Source: Candidatus Coprovivens sp.
GTDB taxonomy: Bacteria; Bacillota_I; Bacilli_A; RF39; UBA660
Assembly (NCBI GenBank): GCA_051892935.1
Contig: JBJFGS010000024.1
Location: forward strand, 1-64,000
Direction of reading: 5' to 3'
DNA: 64,000 nucleotides
The notes under the pieces are model-generated. The model was not told the DNA's origin. It did no database searches and saw only the letters and a program-made list of their open reading frames with translations. The first letter of the stretch is position 1. Each line of letters opens with the position of its first letter. A program made the position numbers and the translations under genes. Below are positions 9,983 through 20,604 of the stretch, in pieces.

Positions 9983-11293
9983 TTAATGATGTATTATACT
10001 CCTTTTTTGTTCGCTTGAAGACATTGAAATCATTTTATAAAAACTATTATCTGCTATAAAATTAAGCCAATCTATTATTAAAAATGATATTTCAATATAA
10101 ATATCTTTCTGATTTTTTTTGTAAATGTTCTTACATATTATATCTGAAAATGATAAAATAACATTATTATGACCTATTGCATTTTTTATATTTTCGAAAA
10201 AAATTCTTATTTGATTTTTATCTTTTTTGTCTAAAAAAACTTTTCTAGGATTTTGTCGATTATTAGAAAAATCCATTACTGAGTTTGATATTAATGAAAT
10301 CTCTAATTTGGACATAAAAGTATCACTATTATAATTTGCTAAAAACTTAAACATATTTTCACTGTTTAATTGTATAAGAGAAAATAACGATAAAGAAATA
10401 AGTAAAAATATCAATTCTTTTTTCTCTTCTGCTGGTAAGTTATTTAATTCTGTTATACTAGTAGTTCCTTTTAATATTCTAAATAGTGGATCAATCATCG
10501 GTGAAAATAAATCTGGTGATATGGTATCTACTTTACAAACTTTTTCAATTATTTCTTCTGATATATCATTTAATTCTGACATTTTAAAGTAATCATTACC
10601 AGATAACGACTGAACTATATTACCTTTATTTTTTAATATTATATTACCAGAATTATAATCAAATTCTCCATGTGATCCTACGTTTCTTAATTTAGTTATT
10701 AGATTACTCTTAGCACTTGCTACTACATTAGCTCTATGGTATACAGCATTCACATATTCTTCTCCAAAAATTGCAATTAAATCATTTATTTTTTTCTCTA
10801 TATCATCTTCTGTTGTATCTACTAAATTTGGAGATACACTTCTATATTGTGTTAATGACTCTATTTCTTTTTTTATTAATTCAATATAACTATTAAATAT
10901 ATAGAGATTTAATTCAAATAGTAATTCCATACTATATTTATGTATATATTCATCATATTGTGAATCATCATTTAATATTTTATTTAAAATAAAGAATATT
11001 TCCATGTAACACTTTGAATTAATTTTTTTTCTATCGTTTATATTTAAGAACTGATATTGTCGGGATGAACTTATTGATTGTGAATCCCTTTCATCTTCTA
11101 TATCTAATCTTACGTAAATATTTTCGAATGGAGAATGTGATGTTTCATTGGTCGTTGGAAAGTATGTGACAAATTCATCATATTCATCTATTGCTTCTTT
11201 ATGACTTTTTATAGTTTCTTCTAGTTCTGTACATTTTTTCTTTACTATCATAGAAATTTCTTCTAATAATTTTTTTTCGTCGCTTTTATTCAT
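9983..11293 (-). CDS. Hypothetical protein with HEPN-like RxxxxH motif(s); 5' end appears frameshifted
   Basis: KLRNVGSHG and IKNAIGHN motifs. The RBS-linked ATG at 11337 is out of frame across an A8 tract. Confidence 0.6.
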   Translation of the reverse strand: MNKSDEKKLLEEISMIVKKKCTELEETIKSHKEAIDEYDEFVTYFPTTNETSHSPFENIYVRLDIEDERDSQSISSSRQYQFLNINDRKKINSKCYMEIFFILNKILNDDSQYDEYIHKYSMELLFELNLYIFNSYIELIKKEIESLTQYRSVSPNLVDTTEDDIEKKINDLIAIFGEEYVNAVYHRANVVASAKSNLITKLRNVGSHGEFDYNSGNIILKNKGNIVQSLSGNDYFKMSELNDISEEIIEKVCKVDTISPDLFSPMIDPLFRILKGTTSITELNNLPAEEKKELIFLLISLSLFSLIQLNSENMFKFLANYNSDTFMSKLEISLISNSVMDFSNNRQNPRKVFLDKKDKNQIRIFFENIKNAIGHNNVILSFSDIICKNIYKKNQKDIYIEISFLIIDWLNFIADNSFYKMISMSSSEQKRSIIHH

Positions 11294-11441
11294 AGCTTGA
11301 TTTATATCTTTAATTTTTTTTCTGTATCGTTATTCATTTCAAACCTCCATCTTATTTATATCATTTATTAGTTAAAACTTCAATTATTTATTATTGTTGA
11401 TATCATGTGTTATAGTATTCCTTACTTAAAGTGTAATTTAT

Positions 11442-11853
11442 ATGCTACTTAATGATTCTAGTCAAGTAATTGATTTTAGATTTCAAACGGAGAATATTGA
11501 CTTATTAATAAATATTGTTAAAATTAATAGGAAATTTTACTATACAAATACTTGTAGAAGTAATGAAATGATTAACTAACTTGTTGGGACATATTTGTGT
11601 AAACTACTAGGACTTGATGTTGTTGATTATAAAATTGGGCCTAACTGATAGATATAATTATAATGTAATGCTCAGATGTTTAACGAATGGTGATGTTGAA
11701 TTAGAAAAACTTTTTGATTTTGGTTCTTCATGTAAACAAAAACCTGTATATCCAGAATATTATTGTTATGATGTTTTAAAAGATATAGAAATTATACTTA
11801 ATATAACAATAGAAAACATAGATATTCTTGGATATTTAGAGATTAATAAATAA
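11442..11853 (+). pseudogene. HipA-like Ser/Thr kinase pseudogene
   Basis: MLLND...IN*LVGTYLCKLLGLDVVDYKIG has TAA at 11577 where NE(L) is expected. A frameshift near 11640 leads into LTDRYNYNVML...KLFDFG. Confidence 0.65.
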
Positions 11854-11895
11854 TTTGATAAATTTAAAAAGATTATACATTTTCTGTATAATCTT

Positions 11896-12816
11896 TTATA
11901 AATATCTTTTACCATTGACTAAAGGATTAATTAAGCGTCTTTTTACTCTAGGAAGTTGTTTTATTGTAATGTCTTCTAGTGATATATTTTCAAATAAATT
12001 AATCATAATATTTAATGTGTTATCATTAGTTTGTTTTAATATTCTAAATAGTTTTTCTTCGTTATACTCATATAAATTATTATAATTTATATAATTATTA
12101 TCTATTGAGTACTTAGTTATTTCAGCTAGTAATTCCATCATATAATTATCTTCATTAGAATGACATAAGGTATCAATGTCTTTATTTAAGTTACATAATA
12201 AATCTGCTACTTTCCTACTCTTTAATCCTAATTCTGGTTCATTCTCCTCATTAGTTTGCACTTCTATATTATTTATAATATTTGGTATATCTGACATCTT
12301 TAACTTTTTTGTCCAACCAAGAGATGTTAATATAATTCCATCTATTCTGTCGGCACATAATTTAGGACGGTTGTTATCAACAATTGAATATTTTTTAAAA
12401 TTAATTATATCTTCTAAATTAATATTATCTTCTTTTAATAATCTTTTTAATTTAGGTGAACTATTTAGAATAACTGTGGTCATTTCTTCAGTCGATTCTT
12501 GCGTTTCATAATCTTTGTTCATGTAGTCAATAACATGAGAAAAACAAGGTGTTGATACATCATGGAATAAAGCTGCTAAAGTTTGGACTTTATCCTTGGT
12601 ATATTTCCAAGTTATTAGAGCTGTTGATAAAGAATGATCGTATCTACTTATTTTATAGACAAAATTATATATATCTTTTGAACCATAGTCCATACCACAG
12701 AAGTAACCTACTTTTTTTAATCTTTTTAATATATTTAATTCTAAATACTTGTTTAAAAAACATGGTATTTCCCCTAATATGTTAAAGTATTCTTTTATAT
12801 TTAGTTGTTTTGTCAT
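11896..12816 (-). CDS. HD-domain phosphohydrolase
   Basis: SRYDHS, LFHDVSTPCFSH and ADRIDG motifs. Confidence 0.9.
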   Translation of the reverse strand: MTKQLNIKEYFNILGEIPCFLNKYLELNILKRLKKVGYFCGMDYGSKDIYNFVYKISRYDHSLSTALITWKYTKDKVQTLAALFHDVSTPCFSHVIDYMNKDYETQESTEEMTTVILNSSPKLKRLLKEDNINLEDIINFKKYSIVDNNRPKLCADRIDGIILTSLGWTKKLKMSDIPNIINNIEVQTNEENEPELGLKSRKVADLLCNLNKDIDTLCHSNEDNYMMELLAEITKYSIDNNYINYNNLYEYNEEKLFRILKQTNDNTLNIMINLFENISLEDITIKQLPRVKRRLINPLVNGKRYL

Positions 12817-12930
12817 AGGAGCATCTCCTTTAGGTGTTTATATTTTATCACAATAGTTATAATCATAAAATAAGTTTTTTATAGATATTACTTATTATTT
12901 GTCATATAATACCATTATTGGAGGAATTAT

Positions 12931-13821
12931 ATGACAATTGCTGAAGCCGAACGATTTTATAAACAAGATAAACATCTATATGAATTAAATAAAAATAAAG
13001 AGTTTTTAAATTGGTTAAAAGAACAAATTGAAAATGGTTATCACTGCTATATAGAAATAAAAGAATTACAAGATTTAATAAATAAACTTACTTATTGGTA
13101 TGAAATGAAATATCCTGATAGAGAGTTAGACTACTATAATGGTATTATTGATGAAGAATTTGAAAATATTGAAAAAATGTCTAAAGTTATGAGCTTAAAA
13201 CAATTACTTTTAAGATTAACTGATAGACAAATGTCAATAATTAATTGTCATTATCGTTCTTCTGGTTTTAGGCAATATCCTATTTATGAAAATGGTCAGT
13301 TTATAAGATGGAAATCTGAAATTGTATTAACTATTCTAAATAAAGCAAAAGATGATGAATTTTGGAGCGATGAGTTGCCACGTTTTTCAGTTGGTGCTGA
13401 TCCTAAAACAGGTATTGCAACATGCCCTGAAGAACTAATAAAATATACCGAAAAAGAAAATCTATATATAAATGAGTTTTATGAAATATTAAATAATTAT
13501 GAAGAAGAATTAGATACAACAGAATTACAAGAGTGTCTTTATGATAATAGTTGTGATTTAACATTACGTTATAAACTTTTACAATTAGTAGCACTTAGTA
13601 TTTTGTATTCAAAGAATACTATTCCTGAATATGGCTATGAAAGAGCTAAAAGATTTATAAATGAGTTTAACAAAAAAATGAATTTAGAACTATCTACTGA
13701 AGAAATTGATGAAATAATTAGTAGAGATTATAGAAGTGAAAATACAAATAATAATGTAGTAACTAAGAGAAAAACAAGATCTTTAATTAGATTGTTGACT
13801 CGTAGAAAAGAAGTTCAATAA
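12931..13821 (+). CDS. Hypothetical protein
   Basis: 296-aa ORF with a GGAGG RBS and a basic C-terminal tail. Confidence 0.75.
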   Translation: MTIAEAERFYKQDKHLYELNKNKEFLNWLKEQIENGYHCYIEIKELQDLINKLTYWYEMKYPDRELDYYNGIIDEEFENIEKMSKVMSLKQLLLRLTDRQMSIINCHYRSSGFRQYPIYENGQFIRWKSEIVLTILNKAKDDEFWSDELPRFSVGADPKTGIATCPEELIKYTEKENLYINEFYEILNNYEEELDTTELQECLYDNSCDLTLRYKLLQLVALSILYSKNTIPEYGYERAKRFINEFNKKMNLELSTEEIDEIISRDYRSENTNNNVVTKRKTRSLIRLLTRRKEVQ

Positions 13822-13851
13822 TTATTGAACTTTTTTTGTGATATTTGACAT

Positions 13852-13880
13852 CACTTATCATTTTTTTATTACATACCATA
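13852..13880 (+). promoter_or_regulatory. Sigma-K-like promoter
   Basis: AC (13853-54), 17 bp, CATACCATA (13872-80). Fits AC-16/17-CATAnnnTA just upstream of the RBS. Confidence 0.4.
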
Positions 13881-13901
13881 TATTAGAATGGTGGTGATTT
13901 T

Positions 13902-14825
13902 TTGTTATTACTATGGTTAATTTTTTTAATACCTTTTATATTAGTAGCAATAAAGATTACTATTTATCTAATTTTTAAGAAATATGGAAAAATATCTTAT
14001 AAAGGATTTTCTGCTTTAGGATTTGCTTATGATAATAATAAAGATATTTTTTATACAGTTAAAAATGCATGGCAAAAGAATTTTGGATATTCACACTTTT
14101 ATGATGTAATGGCTCCTATTTTTCAGATGATTATAGATACTGAACCAATTAAGTTTTATTATAATAATAAAAACTGGTTAATCAGTTTTTGGAAAGGTCA
14201 ATATGGAATGGTTACCGGATCAGAAATTGGTATTTATGCTACTAGTCAAAAGAGAGTAAATAAAAAGACAATCTATTTACCAATAGAAGACAAAGATATG
14301 TTAGATATAGATATGATCCTATACAAAAATAACAAAATAATTGCTAGAATCAGTGCTAAACACTGGTGGCTTGCAATATTTAAATTAGGAATATTTAGTA
14401 ATCCTAAAGAGCTTTCTATGGATATAAATATTACATTTCCTAATAAAGATATGCTAAATGCATTTACTATAGCCTTTAGAAAAAAAGGTTATAAAGAAAA
14501 TGATTATAGAATAATCGATAATACTTTTTGCTTTCATTATACAAAGCCTAAAACACATAAAGTATGGACAAGAGGAATTATATCTGATTATATTAGACAG
14601 TCTATAAATAAAAATAATGTAAGATTATATAATAAATATATTGAAGATAATGTTGATTATAATAATTCTTGTAATGATAATAAACTTATTATTAATGATT
14701 TAATACCTGATATATTAAAGAATACTGAAGATAAGAAAATTGTTGATAATGTTATTAGTGATAAAAATGTATTGTTACTTCGTAGTGATCTATCCCCTAG
14801 TATAGGAGTAAATAAAGATGATTAA
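13902..14825 (+). CDS. DUF4474-domain protein
   Basis: GFAYD..KDIFY, AWQKNFGY, MIIDTEPI and FWKGQYG..TGSEIGIY motifs. Confidence 0.8.
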   Translation: MLLLWLIFLIPFILVAIKITIYLIFKKYGKISYKGFSALGFAYDNNKDIFYTVKNAWQKNFGYSHFYDVMAPIFQMIIDTEPIKFYYNNKNWLISFWKGQYGMVTGSEIGIYATSQKRVNKKTIYLPIEDKDMLDIDMILYKNNKIIARISAKHWWLAIFKLGIFSNPKELSMDINITFPNKDMLNAFTIAFRKKGYKENDYRIIDNTFCFHYTKPKTHKVWTRGIISDYIRQSINKNNVRLYNKYIEDNVDYNNSCNDNKLIINDLIPDILKNTEDKKIVDNVISDKNVLLLRSDLSPSIGVNKDD

Positions 14826-15708
14826 AATATTAGATAAACTCTATCATAATTCAAGAATAATTAACATAAATGATAAAAGTAAATATGTTATTATGAGTGA
14901 TTGTCATCGTGGAAATGGTAATAACTATGATGATTTTTTTAAAAATCGAAATTTATTTAAAGCGGCATTGAATTACTATTATAAAAATAGTTTTACATAT
15001 ATTGAATTAGGTGATGGAGACGAATTATGGGAAGTTAAAGAATATAGTGAAATAATTACTGCTCATTTAGATGTTTTTAAATTACTTAAAAAGTATTTTG
15101 ATGATGGAAGATTAATAATGATATATGGTAACCATGATATAGTAAAAAGAGATAAAGAAGTATTGGAAAAGTTTCTATATACTTATTATGATGAAGATAC
15201 AAAAGAAAATAAAGAATTATTGAATAAATTAAGTGCTGAAGAATCATTAGTTTTAAACTATAAAGGTAATAATATATTTTTATTACATGGTCATCAGGTT
15301 GATCTTATAAGTGGAACTTTTTGGAAAATGTCGAGATTTCTAGTAAGATATATATGGAGACCTCTAACAAATGTAGGGGTTAATGATTTAACTAGTGCTG
15401 CTAAGAATAATCAAGTAGCTAAGTATGTAGAAAAGAAATTACAGAATTGGAGTAAGAAAAATAATACTATTGTTATATCTGGACATACTCATAGACCTAT
15501 ATTTCCTAAAAATGGAGATAGTTTATATTTTAATGATGGAAGTTGCATACATCCTAATGGGATTACTTGTTTGGAAATAGATAATGGGTGTATTTGTTTA
15601 GTAAGATGGGAATTAAGTGTTAATAATAAAGGAATTATTTACTCTGAAAGAAAAGTATTAACTGGTAAAGAAAAGATAGATCTTTTTTGGGAAACAAATA
15701 ACATGTAA
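14818..15708 (+). CDS. Calcineurin-like metallophosphoesterase
   Basis: SDCH, LGDGDE, GNHD, HGH and GHTH motifs. Overlaps the upstream gene. Confidence 0.9.
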   Translation: MIKILDKLYHNSRIININDKSKYVIMSDCHRGNGNNYDDFFKNRNLFKAALNYYYKNSFTYIELGDGDELWEVKEYSEIITAHLDVFKLLKKYFDDGRLIMIYGNHDIVKRDKEVLEKFLYTYYDEDTKENKELLNKLSAEESLVLNYKGNNIFLLHGHQVDLISGTFWKMSRFLVRYIWRPLTNVGVNDLTSAAKNNQVAKYVEKKLQNWSKKNNTIVISGHTHRPIFPKNGDSLYFNDGSCIHPNGITCLEIDNGCICLVRWELSVNNKGIIYSERKVLTGKEKIDLFWETNNM

Positions 15709-15732
15709 TATATTATTACATGTTATTTGTTT
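15692..15732. terminator. Perfect 19-bp inverted repeat spanning both stop codons (bidirectional terminator)
   Basis: AAACAAATAACATGTAATA-TAT-TATTACATGTTATTTGTTT. Confidence 0.75.
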
Positions 15733-17036
15733 TGTTCGCTCATCCATTCTAAGATGTCTGATAAACCATCATTGTTTTCATCTATACCAAATGTTGTATT
15801 CATTACTGTGTTATGACATATACCTCCTAGATTAGTAAAGTCATCTGTTTTACCAAGTCCAGTGAACATCTTAGTCATTGAATTTGCTGGAGACCAATTT
15901 GTCCATCCTGCACAAGCTTTACCACTAGCATCGTACTTCCCACCTTTTTCGCCATAACCTTTCATTGGAAGACTTTTTAAATAAGCAATATCTTCTTGAG
16001 ATAAATTACTAAAACTGTAACCAGAACTTACTGGTACTAAAGCTGCAAATTTACCTTTATTATTCAATACTAAATTATATACATAAGAACCACTTGAACT
16101 AAAGCCAGTTACTGATATAGCGTTTTCATTAAGTTTATATTCTGATACTAGTTGATCTATTTGACTTATTATTGCTTTTCTACTTGATTCTTTATCTGCT
16201 CCAGATTCAAATACCACTAGGAAAGCATTTAAGTTATTTAATTCTAAATTTTTAAAAACTTGGCTTGTTTGGCTATAATTACCTGTTGATGAAGGAATTA
16301 CGACAATAAGTGGCATATTTTCTTTGGCTTTTTGAGGAATATATAAAGAGTAATGTTGCAATGTAGTGTTATCTGTAGTGTACTCTTTAAATGATGATTC
16401 TACATTTAAATCTGCTCCAGAGCTTTCTAAAATTGGAATTTTACTTAGTTCATCATTTAGTATTCTTTTTATCTTTTCATCTTGTAATGAATATATTTGA
16501 TTTTGTAATGCTGATTTTTTTGATTCAGTTGTACCTTTTTGTACTAAGCTAAGTGATATTTTAATATTATATACTTTTTCAGCATCATTTAATCGCTTAT
16601 AGTACTCTTCTCTAATTGATTCATCATCTATTTTAGCAATTGCTGCTTTAGCATCTTGATATGTACTATAATCATATTCTTCATATGTTTTATTTATTAA
16701 TTCTTCGGCTTTTTCTATTTTCAATTTTTTTATATTTTCAATAGTTGCATTTTCTATACATTGCATATAGTTATTCTTTTCTGTACTTACTAAACCTATT
16801 GAAAATTCGATAATAGTTGGAATAAAGAATACTAAAAGTGCTGCTATTAATTGCTTAAAGTTTTGGAAAAGATTATTTTTTAGTCTTTCTTCATTTATTA
16901 CACTTTTAAATGATGTAATTGATAAGTTAATTATCATTATTATAGGTAGGATGATTGTAATTATTCTTAATAATAGCTTTACTATTAAAAGAACTTGTAA
17001 TATGTCACTATTGGAACAAAAATCTAGTATATACAT
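15723..17036 (-). CDS. Membrane-anchored alpha/beta-hydrolase (esterase-like)
   Basis: Two N-terminal TM helices, YSLYIP...PLIVVI, a nucleophile-elbow-like VTGFSSSG, and FAALVPVSS. Confidence 0.7.
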   Translation of the reverse strand: MYILDFCSNSDILQVLLIVKLLLRIITIILPIIMIINLSITSFKSVINEERLKNNLFQNFKQLIAALLVFFIPTIIEFSIGLVSTEKNNYMQCIENATIENIKKLKIEKAEELINKTYEEYDYSTYQDAKAAIAKIDDESIREEYYKRLNDAEKVYNIKISLSLVQKGTTESKKSALQNQIYSLQDEKIKRILNDELSKIPILESSGADLNVESSFKEYTTDNTTLQHYSLYIPQKAKENMPLIVVIPSSTGNYSQTSQVFKNLELNNLNAFLVVFESGADKESSRKAIISQIDQLVSEYKLNENAISVTGFSSSGSYVYNLVLNNKGKFAALVPVSSGYSFSNLSQEDIAYLKSLPMKGYGEKGGKYDASGKACAGWTNWSPANSMTKMFTGLGKTDDFTNLGGICHNTVMNTTFGIDENNDGLSDILEWMSEQNK

Positions 17037-17219
17037 AGTTATCACCCAATATGATAATATCAAAATATGCTCTATTTATCTAGATATATTATTTTTACTT
17101 AGTTGGTTTAAAATACTTTTAAATAATAATATTCATATATTAATCTATTTAATAAAAAAATCTATCTTTCGATAGATTTATATATCAAACTCGGTAATTG
17201 TTCCGAGCAGATTCCTCAA

Positions 17220-17293
17220 TGGAGCGGGTGATGGGAATCGAACCCACGTTATCAGCTTGGAAGGCTGAAGCTCTACCATTAAACTACACCCGC
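17220..17293 (-). tRNA. tRNA-Gly(TCC)
   Basis: GCGGGTGTAGTTTAATGGTAGAGCTTCAGCCTTCCAAGCTGATAACGTGGGTTCGATTCCCATCACCCGCTCCA: canonical cloverleaf with encoded CCA. Confidence 0.97.
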
Positions 17294-17383
17294 AAAATCA
17301 GTAGGCATTTTTAATTATACTCGTTTTTAGCTAAAATGCAAGTGTTTTTGCCTACTTTTTTGAATTTTCGTGAATTTTGGTAA

Positions 17384-18751
17384 TTATTTTGATTCTTCTA
17401 TATATTTTTTTACTTCTTCAGCATCATCTAAATGTACTTTTTCGTGCCCTAGTATTTGATAATCTTCATGTCCCTTACCTAAAATTAGTACTACATCATC
17501 TTTTTTTATCATGTCTAAAGCTTTTTTAATTGCTGTTCTTCTATCTAATTCAACTTCATAATTATTAGTTGAAACACCTGATAAGATATCGTTCATTATT
17601 TTTTGAGGATCTTCGGTACGTGGATTATCTGATGTAAATACTACATAGTCAGATTTAGAAGCAGCAATACGTCCCATAATAGGTCTTTTCTTAGGGTCTC
17701 TATCTCCTCCGCAACCAACAATAGTAATTATTCTACCCTTTTTATTTTCTGTAAAAGCATCAATTATTTTTTCTACTGCATCAGGTGTATGAGCATAGTC
17801 TATTACTGCTTCTCCATCTTTTACTTTAATTTGTTCACATCTTCCTTTTGGAGGATATATAGATGATGTTATATTAATAATGTCTTCTACTTTATATCCT
17901 AAATTATTAATAAAAGCTAAAGCAGTTAGATAATTATAAACATTAAATGGACTTCTTAGGTTTGTTTCTACTTCATATTCGATACTATCTACTTTAAATT
18001 TAATTAGAGTACCTTTATTACTATCTTCATATGATACTATTTTATAGTTATTAGCATTTTTTCCTAAGTCCTTACAATTATTATATGCAGTAAGCCATTT
18101 TTCACCACTTGGATCATCAGTATTTACAATCATAGGTCCTGTCAATTGTTTTAATATCAATTGCTTAGCTGCTAAATAGTTTTCCATTGTTTTATGATAA
18201 TCTAAATGATCTTGGGTTAGATTAGTAAATCCTGCTACTTTATATTCTATTCCTTTTACACGTTCTTGATCTAAAGCATGTGAACTTACTTCCATTATGA
18301 CATTTTCACAATTATGTTCTTTAGCAGATAAAAATAACTCATATAAATCTAAGATATTTGGTGTTGTATTTGGTAATTCAATAAAATCTTTATCTGGTAA
18401 GTAGAAACCTATTGTACCAATATAAGCAGTCTTACTACCTAATTTATTTAACATTTGATATGTTAGATAAGCTGTAGTAGTTTTACCATTAGTACCTGTA
18501 ATTCCTAATATATTCATTTTATTTATTTCTTGACTATAGTGATTGCTTATGTAATCAGTTAACCATTTATTGGTGTCTTCTACGATTAATGTTTCAACAT
18601 TACATTCTACTTTATGTTCTACTACTATTTTGATTGCTCCGTTAGATATAGCTTTATCTATAAAGTCATGTCCATCTACTGTTGCTCCTTTTAGTGCTAC
18701 AAAAGTATCTCCAGGAACTATTTTTCTTGAATCTATTTTTATATTTATCAT
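17384..18751 (-). CDS. murE: UDP-MurNAc-Ala-Glu:meso-diaminopimelate ligase
   Basis: GITGTNGKTT, MEVSSH, TNLTQDHLDYH, DYAHTPDA, DNPR (mDAP-type) and GKGHE motifs. Confidence 0.96.
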   Translation of the reverse strand: MINIKIDSRKIVPGDTFVALKGATVDGHDFIDKAISNGAIKIVVEHKVECNVETLIVEDTNKWLTDYISNHYSQEINKMNILGITGTNGKTTTAYLTYQMLNKLGSKTAYIGTIGFYLPDKDFIELPNTTPNILDLYELFLSAKEHNCENVIMEVSSHALDQERVKGIEYKVAGFTNLTQDHLDYHKTMENYLAAKQLILKQLTGPMIVNTDDPSGEKWLTAYNNCKDLGKNANNYKIVSYEDSNKGTLIKFKVDSIEYEVETNLRSPFNVYNYLTALAFINNLGYKVEDIINITSSIYPPKGRCEQIKVKDGEAVIDYAHTPDAVEKIIDAFTENKKGRIITIVGCGGDRDPKKRPIMGRIAASKSDYVVFTSDNPRTEDPQKIMNDILSGVSTNNYEVELDRRTAIKKALDMIKKDDVVLILGKGHEDYQILGHEKVHLDDAEEVKKYIEESK

Positions 18752-18847
18752 TATAAACCACCTCAATATATATATTATTAATTATATTATAAGTATACAA
18801 TTATTATTAATCCACAATATGGTTTTATTTTTTTATATGAATCCACA

Positions 18848-20557
18848 TTATAAAGTTCTTCTTGATTGTTGTTCTTGAATATTTTGTTCTTCTAGTGATT
18901 TTCTTATAGCTGGAAGATTGAATATTATTAGTTTGAGATTATTTTTTTCTGCGATATCTTGAGCTTTTTTTATAGCTTGCTCATCTTGTTCATGATTAAA
19001 ACCTGAAATACTTACAAATACGTAAGAAGCTTTAGTCACCGAATCGATATTTTTTCTAAATAATACTAATTCGCTTTTGTTTGTCTTTTTTAACTCACTT
19101 AATGGAGAAGATAGTGTTGAAAAAGCATGTTCTGGGTGAATTTCTAAGTTATTTATTCCCATGTTGGTTGTTAGATATTGAGAAGATGAAATTGCTATAT
19201 TTTCTGGTTCTAAACCATTTCTATCAAATCCTATTCCGATGCATGTCCCTAAATTTAATATTGCTTCTTTAGAAAAGAAGGATGTTGATATTTGATTTTT
19301 TGTATCTGAAGTATATCCTCTTAACCCCATTGAATCTGTGTAGTTAGTTTCGATATCTAAACTCTCTTCTACTATAGCTGGATTGGCTTGTACTTCTCTT
19401 GCGTATTCCATTTTTCTATTTAATAATTCTTGTTCTTGAAGAGTTAAAGTTTCACTTTTGTTACCATCTACGCGCGATAGGATTATTTGTCGTTTTAATT
19501 TTTCTTCGTATTTATCTAATAAACGATAAGGATCTCTAATAAATATGTGTAATAAAACATCTTTTAATTCTTGATAATTGGTTATTTCTGTTGACGATGT
19601 CGGCGTATATAAATTGTCAACTATTTCATTTCTAAAAGATATTTCATACATAGAATAGCAATCATCAATTAGTTCTATTCTTTTTCTTTTGTCTGGTTCT
19701 AATTTTGCTTGTTTTAGAATGCTATAAAGATTTTCACGATATTGAGGAGCAAGTCTACTTACTCTTTGTTCTAATAATGGTAGGTTATCTAATTGACTCT
19801 TTTCTTCTGGAGTCATATCTTTTTGTAATTCGTAAGTATCTATTCTTTCTTGAAGAGTTGGAATCTTTTGATTACTATTTAATGATGATGAATATTTTCT
19901 AAAATAACCATATTTCATTTCAAATTCAACAAAGTCTTTATTATTAAATAGTATATTGGGTGTATATAAACTCATCATTTCTAGTACTATTTTTGATACT
20001 ACTCTTACATTTTGATTTTGAGTTATGTTAAATGTGCTTCTATCAACAAATAGTTGATCTATTATAGTGCTTATGTCTTCTTGTTTTAAAGGAATATTAA
20101 AATTATTAGATAAAACATTACTATTTTTTCCTCTTATAATACTATTAGATAGAATATTATCATTTCTTATGTATTCAAATATTGTTGTTTTGTATTGTTC
20201 TAGAAATCTCCTTGTAGAAACTGAGTTAAAGTTATGACTTAAAAGAAGTCTATTTTGTGTTTCACTAAAGTATACATTAATATCTCCGTTAAATATCCCA
20301 TATAGAAAACCACTTATAATACTTGGAAATAGAGCCTTACTAGTATATGAATTTGCTTTGGAAATAATTTTGTTATAAAAGTCAGATAAAGTTTTTGAAA
20401 ATGTTATATCTTCAATTACTTCATCTAGTCCTTGATAAAAAAGCATTTCAGAATAGCTTTGTGTTATTCCTTTGTTTTTTTGTAATTGATGGAATGTTTT
20501 TATTTTCATTTCTGTGACAAAATCTTTAGCTTTGTTTTTTAAACTATCTTGTTTCAT
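18848..20557 (-). CDS. Hypothetical protein
   Basis: 569-aa ORF with no recognised family. Confidence 0.75.
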   Translation of the reverse strand: MKQDSLKNKAKDFVTEMKIKTFHQLQKNKGITQSYSEMLFYQGLDEVIEDITFSKTLSDFYNKIISKANSYTSKALFPSIISGFLYGIFNGDINVYFSETQNRLLLSHNFNSVSTRRFLEQYKTTIFEYIRNDNILSNSIIRGKNSNVLSNNFNIPLKQEDISTIIDQLFVDRSTFNITQNQNVRVVSKIVLEMMSLYTPNILFNNKDFVEFEMKYGYFRKYSSSLNSNQKIPTLQERIDTYELQKDMTPEEKSQLDNLPLLEQRVSRLAPQYRENLYSILKQAKLEPDKRKRIELIDDCYSMYEISFRNEIVDNLYTPTSSTEITNYQELKDVLLHIFIRDPYRLLDKYEEKLKRQIILSRVDGNKSETLTLQEQELLNRKMEYAREVQANPAIVEESLDIETNYTDSMGLRGYTSDTKNQISTSFFSKEAILNLGTCIGIGFDRNGLEPENIAISSSQYLTTNMGINNLEIHPEHAFSTLSSPLSELKKTNKSELVLFRKNIDSVTKASYVFVSISGFNHEQDEQAIKKAQDIAEKNNLKLIIFNLPAIRKSLEEQNIQEQQSRRTL

Positions 20558-20604
20558 ATTATCACCATATATATAATATCACAAAAATTTAAAAAGAAGC
20601 TATA

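Noticed and set aside
9983-11293. Cas13-like effector (two RxxxxH-like motifs)
   Set aside because: Only 436 aa, the second motif lacks Arg, and there is no CRISPR array or cas gene nearby.
15692-15732. 19-bp inverted repeat as a MITE or mobile-element end
   Set aside because: It is a single copy centred between convergent stop codons, so a bidirectional terminator explains it.
17220-17293. tRNA-Gly (and tRNA-Cys at 57438) as island integration sites
   Set aside because: I found no duplicated tRNA 3' end or adjacent integrase by eye.
17300-17357. AGTAGGCA...TGCCTACT inverted repeat around the tRNA-Gly promoter, as an invertible switch
   Set aside because: The arms are only about 8-9 bp and there is no adjacent invertase. 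Chance or an RNA-structure role is equally plausible.
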